A stretch of 64,000 nucleotides of DNA from NCBI GenBank assembly GCA_963667035.1, contig OY762964.1, positions 2,304,001 to 2,368,000 of the forward strand, read 5' to 3'. How positions within the stretch are numbered: position 1 is the stretch's first letter; every line of letters begins with the position of its first letter. A program made the position numbers and the translations under genes. The DNA is from Candidatus Cloacimonadales bacterium (lineage in GTDB: Bacteria; Cloacimonadota; Cloacimonadia; Cloacimonadales; JAFGVF01). Positions 31,052 through 41,391 of this stretch are shown piece by piece. The notes beneath the pieces are model-generated. The model was not told where the DNA came from. It did no database searches and saw only the letters and a list, made by a program, of their open reading frames with translations.

Positions 31052-31510
31052 TTAAAACTTAATTCCAAGGTTAACCGTACATAAGATCAGTTGTAATCCT
31101 ATATCTCCATCAAAATAAACAAAGATTCCATCGTCTATCTCCCATTGGTTACCTATTCCTGCCGCAATTTTAGGAAATATAAATTTTCTGACAGGATCAT
31201 CATCAAACTTTACTTGTGCTACTTGAACTCCAGCCAACAACTTTGTATAAAAGTTATTGCTGTAAATAAAGTTATGTTCAGAATAGAGACTGGCAATAGC
31301 GGTTTTCTCTTTTTTATAATTAGGAGATATGAGACATGATGCCATTATATATAACTCTCTTAGTTGTGGAATTTTGCTATTTATTCTGCATCCAAATGCT
31401 GCACCATGATAGATTGAGTTTTGATAAGCTAGTTTATATGTTGGCTCTTCCCAAGCAAAAAGAGTTAATCCTAAAAGAGCTAAAGCTAGAGTTAAATAAA
31501 GATGTTTCAA
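31052..31510 (-). CDS. Exported hypothetical protein, possible small outer-membrane beta-barrel
   Basis: TTG start at 31510 behind AGGAGG; signal peptide; C-terminal 'NLGIKF' resembles a BamA beta-signal. Confidence 0.55.
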   Translation of the reverse strand: MKHLYLTLALALLGLTLFAWEEPTYKLAYQNSIYHGAAFGCRINSKIPQLRELYIMASCLISPNYKKEKTAIASLYSEHNFIYSNNFYTKLLAGVQVAQVKFDDDPVRKFIFPKIAAGIGNQWEIDDGIFVYFDGDIGLQLILCTVNLGIKF

Positions 31511-31654
31511 TATTACCCTCCTATTATTCAATCGTATGATTCGATTATAGTATGTATCATTTAAACTGTAAATCTTTTTTTTATAAAACAATCGGATAAC
31601 ATTGACAATCGATTTCATAGGTGGTATAAGCAAAAAAAATCAATGAGGTGAATA

Positions 31655-32521
31655 ATGCCGGATTATAAAAGAATAATTCAATCGTCAGTGAATTACATAG
31701 AGAATAACCTTCATAACCGATTCGCAATGGAGGATGTCTCTGAGCATGCCGGATTTTCATTATATCATTTCATGCGTATGTTTTATACATATACAGGTTA
31801 CAGTCTAAAAGAATATGTGAGAGTAAGGCGCTTATCGGAAGCTGCAGCCGAACTTGTGCACGGGAGTTTGAAAGTGAAGGAACTAGCCGGCAAAATGGGG
31901 TTTGATTCCCCTGAAGCCTTCATTAGAGCTTTTAAGCGTGAGTTTAGGATAACGCCATCTCAATACAGAAACAATAATCAGCTGATTCTCTACACACCAA
32001 AACTAAAAGTGCAGATCTGTCCCAAAATCAATGGAGGAAACAAAATGGATTACAAGATCAAAGAGATGCCTGAATTAAAGGTACTTGGTCTCAAACGAAA
32101 GGTGAAGCACGATGGCTCTATCGGTAAACTCTGGAATGAGTTTACGGGAAGATTCTCCGAATTGGAACAATATAAGGATGCTCCACTAGTTGGAGTAGTT
32201 CCGCATGATAAGCGATTCGAAGAAAGAGCTCCTAAAGCAGATGAGTCATTTTGGTATATGACAGGAGTAATAGTCCAAAATGTCGATAACATTCCAAAAG
32301 GAATGGAGATTTATACAATCAAACCTGCTAAATATGCTATATTTACTTACACTGGTCCAATAGAGAACATGTGTAGTATCTTTAACTATATTTGTGTAGA
32401 TTGGATAGAAAATGTCGAATATGAGTTTGCTCCTTTCGATGAAATCGAGTGGTATGATGAGAGATACAAACCGGAAGACCCTGAAAACTCTCAGATAGAT
32501 ATGTATATACCAATTAGATAA
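31655..32521 (+). CDS. AraC-family regulator with GyrI-like effector domain
   Basis: 'FSLYHFMRMF', 'GFDSPEAFIRAFKREFRITPSQYR', C-terminal 'KYAIFTYTG...IDMYIPI'. Confidence 0.9.
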   Translation: MPDYKRIIQSSVNYIENNLHNRFAMEDVSEHAGFSLYHFMRMFYTYTGYSLKEYVRVRRLSEAAAELVHGSLKVKELAGKMGFDSPEAFIRAFKREFRITPSQYRNNNQLILYTPKLKVQICPKINGGNKMDYKIKEMPELKVLGLKRKVKHDGSIGKLWNEFTGRFSELEQYKDAPLVGVVPHDKRFEERAPKADESFWYMTGVIVQNVDNIPKGMEIYTIKPAKYAIFTYTGPIENMCSIFNYICVDWIENVEYEFAPFDEIEWYDERYKPEDPENSQIDMYIPIR

Positions 32522-32529
32522 ACAAACCG

Positions 32530-32559
32530 AGGGGGATAGGAGTATTCTTATCCCCCTTT
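32530..32559 (+). terminator. Intrinsic terminator
   Basis: agggggatagga...tcttatccccct-tt. Confidence 0.7.
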
Positions 32560-32645
32560 ATAAACAGGTACTTCAATAATTTCGATTGACATATCAAAAA
32601 GGTAGTAACTTTTGTTCTGTAATTAAAGATTAAATGGAGGCCGAA

Positions 32646-33476
32646 ATGGCAGAAGAACAAAAAGTTCCTACAGCTGAAGAGCGTGAACAACTTCTTAATG
32701 ACAATCTTGCCAGAATTAAGAATAGTATAGTAGTAATTAGTGGAAAGGGTGGTGTTGGCAAAAGCACCGTATCTGTGAATCTCGCATACGGATTAGCCCT
32801 TTCAGGTAAGAATGTTGGAATACTTGATGTAGATATTCATGGTCCTTCAATCGCTAAAATGGTTGGAGTCGAAGGGAATCCGATTCTTGCTCATCCCGAG
32901 ACAGGTAAACCAATGCCTGTAAGAGTTCATGATAACTTACATGTAATGTCAATTGCATCTCTCATAGAAGACCAAGATGCTCCACTCATCTGGCGTGGAC
33001 CAATGAAGATGTCTGCTATCAAACAGTTTATGGAAGACATCCAGTGGCCTGCTCTTGACTATCTTATAGTTGACTGCCCTCCCGGAACCGGTGACGAACC
33101 ATTAAGCGTTGTGCAGTTGCTTAAGAAAGTTACAGGGTCAATCATTGTATCTACTCCACAGGATGTTGCTTTCCTTGATGCTAGAAAAACAATTAGATTC
33201 TCTCAGAGCTTGAATGTGCCAATCATTGGCTTAATTGAAAACATGAAAGAACTTATCTGTCCACATTGTGGCAAGCCTATCAACTTATTCTCCGGAGAAG
33301 GAGCCTCAAAGGCTATTATGGATTTCGAGATAGAACTTCTTGGTCAAATACCAATTGAAATTGATATTCCTACTTGCTCAGACAAAGGACGTCCATTCGT
33401 ATATGACATTGCTAAGAAACCGGCTGGTGAAGCAATGCAAAAGATTGTTGATAGAGTAATTGAAAAAACCAGTTAG
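32646..33476 (+). CDS. mrp: Mrp/NBP35 (ApbC) Fe-S cluster carrier ATPase
   Basis: 'GKGGVGKST', 'WRGP', 'DCPPGTGD', 'ENM...CPHCG'. Confidence 0.93.
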   Translation: MAEEQKVPTAEEREQLLNDNLARIKNSIVVISGKGGVGKSTVSVNLAYGLALSGKNVGILDVDIHGPSIAKMVGVEGNPILAHPETGKPMPVRVHDNLHVMSIASLIEDQDAPLIWRGPMKMSAIKQFMEDIQWPALDYLIVDCPPGTGDEPLSVVQLLKKVTGSIIVSTPQDVAFLDARKTIRFSQSLNVPIIGLIENMKELICPHCGKPINLFSGEGASKAIMDFEIELLGQIPIEIDIPTCSDKGRPFVYDIAKKPAGEAMQKIVDRVIEKTS

Positions 33477-33490
33477 TAATTAATATATCT

Positions 33491-33522
33491 AAAGACTGTC
33501 AGAATCCCTGACAGTCTTTTTT
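33491..33522. terminator. Bidirectional terminator
   Basis: aaagactgtcag-aatcc-ctgacagtcttt-tt. Confidence 0.8.
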
Positions 33523-34033
33523 ATTTATCGTATAACTCACCCATCTTTAAAAGATGATAGCTAATCTTTAGAGCTGATTTACGAATCTGTTTATCATTAA
33601 CAATGAATGTGATGCGATTGTCTTCCCTGTAGAGATTAATCATGACACCCAGTTTAACAAAGTCTCTTCTATTACTAAGAGTCATTACATGATACTTCTC
33701 GGATAAATCAACAAGTTCCTTTACGCTACCCTCGTAATTCTTATCAATTATAATAATCTGGTAGTTATATAGACTATCTTTAGAAGGATTATAATCAACA
33801 GCTAAGGTTCTATGATAGAACAAATCATCCTCATATAGTTTTGTTAAATCTGACATAAAACCTGGCATCCCGAAGCAAGCTATCCTGAATTCTTTATTAA
33901 CATCCAATGATTCAGGCCATTCAACGAAATGAGTAATCTTTTCGATAATAATTGAAGATACGACATTGAAATCAGCTTCAGCCATTAAAAACAAAGGAAA
34001 GATAACAAGTAGTAATAAAAGTAAATACTTCAT
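33521..34033 (-). CDS. YfiR/HmsC-family periplasmic protein
   Basis: Signal peptide, 'FVEWP', 'GVMINL...RITFIVN...LKISYHLLKM'. Confidence 0.85.
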   Translation of the reverse strand: MKYLLLLLLVIFPLFLMAEADFNVVSSIIIEKITHFVEWPESLDVNKEFRIACFGMPGFMSDLTKLYEDDLFYHRTLAVDYNPSKDSLYNYQIIIIDKNYEGSVKELVDLSEKYHVMTLSNRRDFVKLGVMINLYREDNRITFIVNDKQIRKSALKISYHLLKMGELYDK

Positions 34034-34034
34034 A

Positions 34035-36302
34035 TTAAACCTTGATTGTAACTTCAAAAGCAATGTTTATCGGTTCTTTTATAAAACCAACTTGTCTAGG
34101 ATACTGTCGCATGTTACCATCTTCCCAATATTGGATGATGTAGCGAATTTGATTATAGGATATTATGTTGTCCACGTTGAACCTCAACGACAAATCCAAG
34201 CAGCTCACAGGGACAATCCACATTATACCCAGTCCACTTGTAAAAGACGGTTCTCCATATCCATGTTCTTCCAAATCATCAATTAAGGATTGCATACTAT
34301 CGATTAGGATAGGATCACCGATTCTATCATGAGCTTCTTTAAACACATCCAGCATCTCGTTTTGTTGATAATCAAAAGCAAATCTTCCATTGAAATGAAA
34401 ACTCAGATTATCATTTACAGTATAGTTATCAAAAAACTTAAACATATGCCGAGGTAGATTGTTTATTCTATTCTCGCCATAATTATCAATATACACTTTT
34501 GTTGTATCGAGTCCGGATACATAAGCTGAAATTAACTTGTGATTTTTCCAGTCTATTTGATCAACAAAAGAGTAATTTGCACCGAAAGAATGCTTTCTAT
34601 ACTTTAACCCAAAACGAGTATCAAACCCACAAAGAGAAAGCTCTCCTAAAACTCCGGGAGCATCTGTATCAGAATCCCATGCTACCTGATCAATGTTGTT
34701 GTAATACAAGTCAATTGAATAACTCATATTAGGATTTAACTGATTCCTATGGATTAGCTCAATGCCTTGTAGAACTTCATTATCAGCATTATTGTCTTTA
34801 TTATAGTCCGAAGAGAATAGATTCATGAATGTTGGTAATCTTACCGATTCCTGTCCTGTAAGAATAAAGGCACTCGTAGGAGTTGGAGAAGCAGAAAGAC
34901 TAATCCTATAACTATAAGCAGGGTCCGCATATTCATTGTTATCCATCCTTGCGGAAGGAATGAGTTTAAAAACATCACTTAGCTCATAGTATGCTTCTCC
35001 AAAGAAAGAATATGTAAAGCTATCAATCTTATCATCAAAGACTGTCGTTAGGTCCGGATAAAACTTATAGAATCCTGAATCCTTGTTATAAACCGCAAAT
35101 CCAATATCAGATTGGAACGACATAAGAAAGTCATCATCCGTATCCCCCCAAGCTTTATCATAGAACTCATACATTAGCTCAGTACCTACTGTAAAGGCAA
35201 AATTATGTCTAAGTTTCCAGTTTAAGCTTGATTTTAGATTAAATTCATTCTCACTAAAGTTGCTCTTCTGCTGAGAGATATGCTCTAATGGTAAGTTTGC
35301 TCCTTGCCATAAAACTGTTTCCTTGATTGAACTGCTATCAAATCCAAGCTTGGTATGGAGTGAAAGGTTTTTATGAGGTTTGAAACTATTGGAGAGCTCC
35401 AAACAGTAGTTCTTAAATCTGAAACCTCCCCATGCCACACCCTCACTACTTGAACCTGATTGAGTAGTAAGTGGGTAAGATATAGTAGTATATCTACTCC
35501 ATAAGTCAAAGTGTTTACTAAGGTGTAGGTCAACTTGTGCTTTGTATTCTTTCTCATCAAGATAGCTACTTAAGTACCGAGGAGCTTGTGATCCTGTTCC
35601 CATATCACCCCAGGATGAGGACATGAAACCCCAGCCATAGCCATGAGCTCTGTCGGTATACCAATATTTTGTATTGTCCATTCCTTCCGTAGTAGTATAA
35701 CTGGCATAGAAGTTTGAAGAGAAGTCTTTAGTACTTACAATCGATGCCCTATTAGTGGTGTAATTATAGTTGAAGTTAGTTGTATTCCCTACTGAACCTC
35801 CCGGAACATTGTCAGTTAAAGTAATAATATCTATAACACCGGCAATTGCTCCCGGACCGTGGGTTACTGATACCGGACCATGTATAACTCTTATCTCTTT
35901 AATATCTCCAAGATCTTTGTTCTGTAACTCGTGAATAGGTCCCCAAAGGTACTTAAGGTTTAAGTTCTTTCCATTAACCAGCAACAGATAAGAGTTATCT
36001 TGATCACCCAATAATCCCCTAAGCCCCATTCTTGGTCCCATAAAATGTTGAACATAAGTGAAACCGGGGACATATACTTCTAATAAATCAAGAACATTCC
36101 TTGCAGGAGTAGAACTAATCTGCTCTCTGGATATAACAGTGACATTGGAAGGTTCTATAATATCATCTATTTCATTGTATGTGCTTGATTTTACAGGAAT
36201 ATTAAGTAGAGATTCAAGACTAAGTTCCTTTAACAAATCGGTTCTTTCAGCAACAAGTGAGAAAGAGATACAAAGTATCAAAGCAACTATCAGATGTTTC
36301 AT
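34035..36302 (-). CDS. TonB-dependent receptor
   Basis: Signal peptide, 'LSLESLLNIPV', plug motifs 'LLEVYVPG', 'LLLVNG', 'IRVIHGP...HGPGAIAGVIDIIT'. Confidence 0.88.
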   Translation of the reverse strand: MKHLIVALILCISFSLVAERTDLLKELSLESLLNIPVKSSTYNEIDDIIEPSNVTVISREQISSTPARNVLDLLEVYVPGFTYVQHFMGPRMGLRGLLGDQDNSYLLLVNGKNLNLKYLWGPIHELQNKDLGDIKEIRVIHGPVSVTHGPGAIAGVIDIITLTDNVPGGSVGNTTNFNYNYTTNRASIVSTKDFSSNFYASYTTTEGMDNTKYWYTDRAHGYGWGFMSSSWGDMGTGSQAPRYLSSYLDEKEYKAQVDLHLSKHFDLWSRYTTISYPLTTQSGSSSEGVAWGGFRFKNYCLELSNSFKPHKNLSLHTKLGFDSSSIKETVLWQGANLPLEHISQQKSNFSENEFNLKSSLNWKLRHNFAFTVGTELMYEFYDKAWGDTDDDFLMSFQSDIGFAVYNKDSGFYKFYPDLTTVFDDKIDSFTYSFFGEAYYELSDVFKLIPSARMDNNEYADPAYSYRISLSASPTPTSAFILTGQESVRLPTFMNLFSSDYNKDNNADNEVLQGIELIHRNQLNPNMSYSIDLYYNNIDQVAWDSDTDAPGVLGELSLCGFDTRFGLKYRKHSFGANYSFVDQIDWKNHKLISAYVSGLDTTKVYIDNYGENRINNLPRHMFKFFDNYTVNDNLSFHFNGRFAFDYQQNEMLDVFKEAHDRIGDPILIDSMQSLIDDLEEHGYGEPSFTSGLGIMWIVPVSCLDLSLRFNVDNIISYNQIRYIIQYWEDGNMRQYPRQVGFIKEPINIAFEVTIKV

Positions 36303-36304
36303 AC

Positions 36305-36742
36305 TCACCTCCGAGGAAGTCCTTTGTTCAATAGAAGCCAATACAAACCAATTGTTTTGGCTGCTTGAACGAATTGCTCAAAATCAATCGGCTTCTGAAT
36401 ATAACTGTTTGCTCCGAACTTATAGCTTTCAACCAAATCCCGTTCCTCTTGTGATGAAGTTAGAACAACAACAGGGATGTATTTGGTATGTTCGCATTTT
36501 CTCATCTCTTTCAGAACTTCCATTCCGTTGACTTTGGGGAGATTCAAATCAAGGAGTACTACTGCCGGAGGTGTTAACTCTTGACCTGAGTATTGCCCCT
36601 TACATAATAGATAGTTGAGTGCTTCTTCCCCATCAGTCACAACTACCATGTCATTCAGTATATTTTGTTTTTTAAAAGCTCTTTGCGTAAGCTCAATATC
36701 ATCAGGGTTATCCTCTACTAATAGTATTGTTTTTTTATTCAT
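36305..36742 (-). CDS. Single-domain response regulator (Rcp-like)
   Basis: 'LLVEDNPDD', 'LLDLNLPKVNG', 'LTSS', 'GANSYIQKP', 'LYWL'. Confidence 0.9.
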   Translation of the reverse strand: MNKKTILLVEDNPDDIELTQRAFKKQNILNDMVVVTDGEEALNYLLCKGQYSGQELTPPAVVLLDLNLPKVNGMEVLKEMRKCEHTKYIPVVVLTSSQEERDLVESYKFGANSYIQKPIDFEQFVQAAKTIGLYWLLLNKGLPRR

Positions 36743-38588
36743 CCTCTTCCTCCTTTGGTAACCAAAACATGAATTCTGCACCCTCTTCAACAGCTGCTTC
36801 CGCCCATATATTACCATTATGTTTTTTTACTATTCGGAAAACCGTTGCTAATCCGATACCCGTACCTTTATATTCAGTACCACCGTGGAGTCTTTGAAAC
36901 GGTACAAACAATTTATCATAGTATTGCATGCTAAAACCCGCTCCATTATCTTTCACTGATATAACTTCTTTATCTTTATACTGCCGACTACTGACTTTTA
37001 TGACTGGTCTCTCTGTTTTGGATGAATACTTCCATGCATTAGAAATCAGATTTGTGAGTAAAACTGTAATAAGTACTTCATCTCCAAATGCAGTCAAATT
37101 ATCTTCGATTTCAATCTCTACACTTCTCTCCGATGTATCAGACTGAAGCTCAGCTACAATATCCTTACTTATTCGAGTTATATCGACTTGTCTCTTAAAT
37201 AAAGTATGTCTAGATATTCTTGATAGCTTGAGAATATCATCTATGAGTCTGGACATCTTCATTGTTCCTTGACTTATACGATCTAAATAGTGAATTCCTT
37301 CTTCATCCAGAAGATGTTTCTTATCTTCAATCAAAGCGGATACAAAGCCGTGTATTCCTCTTAACGGAGCTCTCAAGTCATGTGAAACAGAATATGCAAA
37401 TGCCTCTAACTCCTTGTTCACTTCATTCAATTCGGCAGTTCTTTGTGAGATTTTGCTTTCAAGTTCCCTATTAAGTCTTTTTACTGCTTCACTTGTCTTT
37501 TTCTTCTCTGTAATGTCAGTATAGAGATAGAGTATACCTTGATCAATAGGACATCCAAGCACTTCCACTATTCTCATCTGCCCATCTTTTGAAGTGACAT
37601 GAACTTCATGTGGTTCAGTTGGACAATCATTTCGGATGGAATATTGCAAGTTCTCTTGAAATTTCGTCATAACTTCTTTTCTGTATTCGGCATCGGGATA
37701 AGCATTTTTAAACCAGTCATTAACATTCTTTATATCATCAAGTGTCCAACCGAATAGTCTAACAAACTCGGGATTAGTATACTCTACTTCCAAATCTTGA
37801 TTTACAACAGAAATAGCAATGGGATTACTATCTATAATAGATTGAAGATGCTTGCGATTCTGTAAGAGATTGTAATTCATACTTCGCTGTTCAATCTCTT
37901 TATTGGATATTGTCCTCAGAAGATAATTGATTGCTTCGTACAAATTAGAGATTTCTTTATACTCACCTAAGCCTGCAATTTGATTGTATTCACCACTCTC
38001 TGCAATTTCACTTGCTTTTGAAACAAGCTTCTCAATGGGACTTGTTATAGATTTCTGCAAGAGAAGGGCTATTAGGAAAGCCGCAAATAGTAAAACACTG
38101 AAAATTAGAAGGTTTATAAGAACAGTAACAAACAATTGTTTATTGATATTCTCTTGTGTAACGAAAAGCAGTATAGTCCCAATCCTCTCCTCTCTGAATG
38201 TAATCGGCTTTTCAATTCTTATCAATTTACCCGGTAATCCGTTTATTTCATTTTGAAGAGTAGGAACAGATTTATACTTGCACCATGGTTTCCCATATTC
38301 AGTGAAGAGAAGTCCATTTTTATCATATACACTAATATGTGCAACACTGGGAACAGGATCTGTTGATTGAAGAACCTCATTTACGCCTTGCACGTCGTTG
38401 AAGAATAAAGGAGATACACAGTTATTACTTAGAAACATAGCATGCATGCTTTGTTCATGGATAAGATTACTGTAGATTCTTGTTCTATCTCGGAAAAAAA
38501 AGAGTAGGGAATTTATTAGCAATACAAATAGAGCTAAGTACAGCATTAATATAATCAATCTCTTTTTAATAGTCGTTTTGTTAGCCAT
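36735..38588 (-). CDS. Sensor histidine kinase (periplasmic CHASE-like sensor, HAMP, PAS)
   Basis: Two TMs, HAMP 'ITSPIEKL', PAS, H-box 'SVSHDLRAPL', 'NLISNAWKY', 'DNGAG', 'GTGIGL'. Confidence 0.92.
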   Translation of the reverse strand: MANKTTIKKRLIILMLYLALFVLLINSLLFFFRDRTRIYSNLIHEQSMHAMFLSNNCVSPLFFNDVQGVNEVLQSTDPVPSVAHISVYDKNGLLFTEYGKPWCKYKSVPTLQNEINGLPGKLIRIEKPITFREERIGTILLFVTQENINKQLFVTVLINLLIFSVLLFAAFLIALLLQKSITSPIEKLVSKASEIAESGEYNQIAGLGEYKEISNLYEAINYLLRTISNKEIEQRSMNYNLLQNRKHLQSIIDSNPIAISVVNQDLEVEYTNPEFVRLFGWTLDDIKNVNDWFKNAYPDAEYRKEVMTKFQENLQYSIRNDCPTEPHEVHVTSKDGQMRIVEVLGCPIDQGILYLYTDITEKKKTSEAVKRLNRELESKISQRTAELNEVNKELEAFAYSVSHDLRAPLRGIHGFVSALIEDKKHLLDEEGIHYLDRISQGTMKMSRLIDDILKLSRISRHTLFKRQVDITRISKDIVAELQSDTSERSVEIEIEDNLTAFGDEVLITVLLTNLISNAWKYSSKTERPVIKVSSRQYKDKEVISVKDNGAGFSMQYYDKLFVPFQRLHGGTEYKGTGIGLATVFRIVKKHNGNIWAEAAVEEGAEFMFWLPKEEEDE

Positions 38589-38701
38589 ACACCTTCTCCG
38601 ATTTTTTGCAGTTATATAATTCCAGTGATTCGGATACCTAATCTATAATATGATTAACTGTTAACTAATTGTCAAGATAATTGAACAAAAAACCAACTTA
38701 T

Positions 38702-38733
38702 AAAAAAAGGGGAACTGCTCAGTTCCCCTTTTC
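38702..38733 (-). terminator. Terminator after rplS
   Basis: aaaaggggaac-tgctca-gttcccctttt. Confidence 0.85.
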
Positions 38734-38745
38734 AAAATTAAGATA

Positions 38746-39096
38746 CTATTTGAAACGTCTTTTTTCTTTAACTTTAGCTCTTTTACCACGAGCGGTTCTG
38801 AGATAATAAAGCTTAGCTCTACGAACACGACCGTAACGAACTACTTCCATTTTATCAATAAGTGGTGAATGCATTGGAAATATTCTTTCCACTCCAACAC
38901 CATTAGAAACTTTTCTAACTGTGAAGCTTTTAGACATGCCTGCACCGCGTTTCTGAATCACGATTCCCTGGAAAATCTGAATACGCTCTTTACTTCCTTC
39001 TTTGATTTTGTAGTGTACTTTTACAGTATCACCAACACCAAAATCAGGTAAGTCTGTACGTATTTGATCTTTGGTAACCATTTGTAATAAATCCAT
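38746..39096 (-). CDS. rplS: 50S ribosomal protein L19
   Basis: 'GVGVERIFP', '[12 protein letters not shown]'. Confidence 0.98.
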   Translation of the reverse strand: MDLLQMVTKDQIRTDLPDFGVGDTVKVHYKIKEGSKERIQIFQGIVIQKRGAGMSKSFTVRKVSNGVGVERIFPMHSPLIDKMEVVRYGRVRRAKLYYLRTARGKRAKVKEKRRFK

Positions 39097-39106
39097 TGTT
39101 ACTCCT

Positions 39107-39661
39107 TTATTCCTCGGAAGTTAATCTATCAAGAATAATAGCAACTGCACTTCTTACGGAAAGATGATTATAAACGCCTTTACCGTAAATAGGCTTCAGT
39201 ACCAAGTCCGACAAAGACATTATCTCGTCTGCCAAACCATTACCGGTACCAAATAACAGCAAAATAGGTTGCTCAAAACTTCTTTTTTTGAAGTCAGCAA
39301 TTGCAATCTGATTATTCATCTCTCTTGCTGTCGTCGCTACAACTACAGGATAAACTCCTTCCTGATTTTTTATACTCTCTTTCAAGTTCTGCACTGTGGT
39401 TGCATAATCTACAATGCTAATAGCCTCTACTCTATCAGAGTTATAATTCTTAGCTATAGCTGAACGCCAAAACTCAGTTATTGTATCTAATATCTGTTTC
39501 TGACCTTCATTGGGTGTTACAATATAGTATTTGTTAACACCATATGTCAAACATGATCTTGCAATATCATGGACATCAAGATTGGTAATTGATGTTGTTA
39601 CAACATCGTTAAACTTATTATATACGGGATAGTGAACCAATCCGAGATATAGTTTATTCAT
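39107..39661 (-). CDS. TrmD-associated SPOUT RNA methyltransferase
   Basis: 'LVHYPV...[18 protein letters not shown]', 'FGTGNGL', '[17 protein letters not shown]'. Confidence 0.85.
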   Translation of the reverse strand: MNKLYLGLVHYPVYNKFNDVVTTSITNLDVHDIARSCLTYGVNKYYIVTPNEGQKQILDTITEFWRSAIAKNYNSDRVEAISIVDYATTVQNLKESIKNQEGVYPVVVATTAREMNNQIAIADFKKRSFEQPILLLFGTGNGLADEIMSLSDLVLKPIYGKGVYNHLSVRSAVAIILDRLTSEE

Positions 39662-40331
39662 CCAGTAAATCCTTTCTTCTCTTAGCTGTAATTTCAAGGG
39701 CTTTTGATTTCCGCCAAGCTTCAATCTTCTTATGGTTACCTGATAATAATACTTCAGGAACCTTTAAACTCTCAAATTCCACAGGTCGTGTATAATACGG
39801 ATAACCGAGAAGTCCATTTTCAAATGAATCAGTATTAGCGGATTGAATATCCTTTAGTACACCTGATTGTAGTCTGGCACAAGCATCAATAAAACACATT
39901 GCAGGAAGTTCACCTCCAGAAAGCACATAATCACCTAAAGATATCTCATCTGTAACAAATAAATCTCTTATTCTCTGATCTATCTCTTTATAATGACCGC
40001 AAAGAATCATAACACTTTCTTCTTTTGCATACTCGCGGACAATTTCTTGTGTTAACTGTCTACCTTGTGGTGTAAAATATATCAAATGCTTTACCGGACG
40101 CTTTTGTCTAACAAAATCAACTGCTCTGTAAATCGGTTCCGGCTTAATTACCATTCCCGCTTCCCCACCATAAGGGTAATCATCTACCTGTCTGCTTTTT
40201 ACAAAAGTAAAATCTCTAAAGTCTGTTAAATAAACTTCCAGAGCATTCTGTTTTAATGCTTTTGCCACAATACTTGATTCAAGAAAGGAATGAAACATAT
40301 AAGGGAAAAGAGTTAATACTTCTATTCTCAT
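39654..40331 (-). CDS. trmD: tRNA (guanine37-N1)-methyltransferase
   Basis: 'VDDYPYGGEAGM', 'SLGDYVLSGGELPA', 'LLSGNH'. Confidence 0.97.
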   Translation of the reverse strand: MRIEVLTLFPYMFHSFLESSIVAKALKQNALEVYLTDFRDFTFVKSRQVDDYPYGGEAGMVIKPEPIYRAVDFVRQKRPVKHLIYFTPQGRQLTQEIVREYAKEESVMILCGHYKEIDQRIRDLFVTDEISLGDYVLSGGELPAMCFIDACARLQSGVLKDIQSANTDSFENGLLGYPYYTRPVEFESLKVPEVLLSGNHKKIEAWRKSKALEITAKRRKDLLDE

Positions 40332-40843
40332 AATTTTAATAACTCTTCCACATCAACGAGATATATTGATTTCTCCTTGTGGTCTTTACGCACCACATAT
40401 TGTTCAACATCAGGAATTATAACCTCTTTACCATCATTTAAAATGACAATGAGTCTATCCTGAAATCCATCTTCCCATATCTCTTCAACTGTTCCTATCT
40501 CTTCACCCTTGAAAAAAACCTTGTAATCAGTTACACGATGGTATTCTTCATCACCTTCAGTTTGATAATATAACTCCTTCTCTATCATCAATCGAGGGCG
40601 TTTGAAACTCTCTAGTTCTTCAAGGATTCCATCCTCAACAAACCTGAGGTAAAACTTATTCTGATGTAACTTGATTTTATCAAGGGTTACGTAAAAAACT
40701 CTATCGCTATTAAAGATCAAATAAAACTTCTTACAAGAAAACAAGGCAGGTCGGAATAATTCAGAAGGTCTGAAGGAGATATAACCCGTGTTATTAAAAA
40801 CTTTTCCCAACCTGCCAATCGGCAATAAATCTGAAAGTTGCAT
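40328..40843 (-). CDS. rimM: 16S rRNA processing protein RimM
   Basis: Position between khpA and trmD; PRC-barrel-like C-terminus; divergent sequence. Confidence 0.8.
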   Translation of the reverse strand: MQLSDLLPIGRLGKVFNNTGYISFRPSELFRPALFSCKKFYLIFNSDRVFYVTLDKIKLHQNKFYLRFVEDGILEELESFKRPRLMIEKELYYQTEGDEEYHRVTDYKVFFKGEEIGTVEEIWEDGFQDRLIVILNDGKEVIIPDVEQYVVRKDHKEKSIYLVDVEELLKL

Positions 40844-41073
40844 TACTCGATAATCTCGAGCTCCGCCCTTTTTCCCTGCTTAGTGCTTACAGCATTTAAT
40901 ATTGTTCTGATAGCACTTGCAGTACGGCCTCGTTTTCCTATAATTTTACCAATATCACCTTTAGCTACCCTAAGTTCGAATAATGTTACCTTGTCTCCGG
41001 ATATCTCGGTAATATTCACTTCGCTAGGATCATCTACCAGTGCCATTACGACAAATTCAATGAGTTCCTTCAT
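40843..41073 (-). CDS. khpA: KH-domain RNA-binding protein
   Basis: 'DIGKIIGKRGRTASAIR'; rpsP operon position. Confidence 0.93.
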   Translation of the reverse strand: MKELIEFVVMALVDDPSEVNITEISGDKVTLFELRVAKGDIGKIIGKRGRTASAIRTILNAVSTKQGKRAELEIIE

Positions 41074-41094
41074 CCTCGTCTCCTTGCTTAATTA

Positions 41095-41391
41095 TTAATT
41101 CTCCTCTTGAGAATCAGTTTTAGCCATTGATAACTTTTCGTTATGCCATAACTCAAGTACGCCGGCTCTTCTAAGCAAAGATCTTACAGTTCCTGTAGGT
41201 TGTGCGCCGTTTCTAAGCCATTTCAGTGCCATTTCCTGGTCTATCTGAAATTTGAAAGGCTCTGGTTTGGGATCATACCAACCCAAAGATTCAATATACT
41301 TTCCGTCTCTTTTTACGCGTGCATCAACTGCTACAACACGATAAAACGGGGCATTACGGGCGCCCATTCTTCTCAGTCTGAGCTTTACCAT
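41095..41391 (-). CDS. rpsP: 30S ribosomal protein S16
   Basis: '[10 protein letters not shown]...PFYRVV...RDGKYIE'. Confidence 0.98.
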   Translation of the reverse strand: MVKLRLRRMGARNAPFYRVVAVDARVKRDGKYIESLGWYDPKPEPFKFQIDQEMALKWLRNGAQPTGTVRSLLRRAGVLELWHNEKLSMAKTDSQEEN

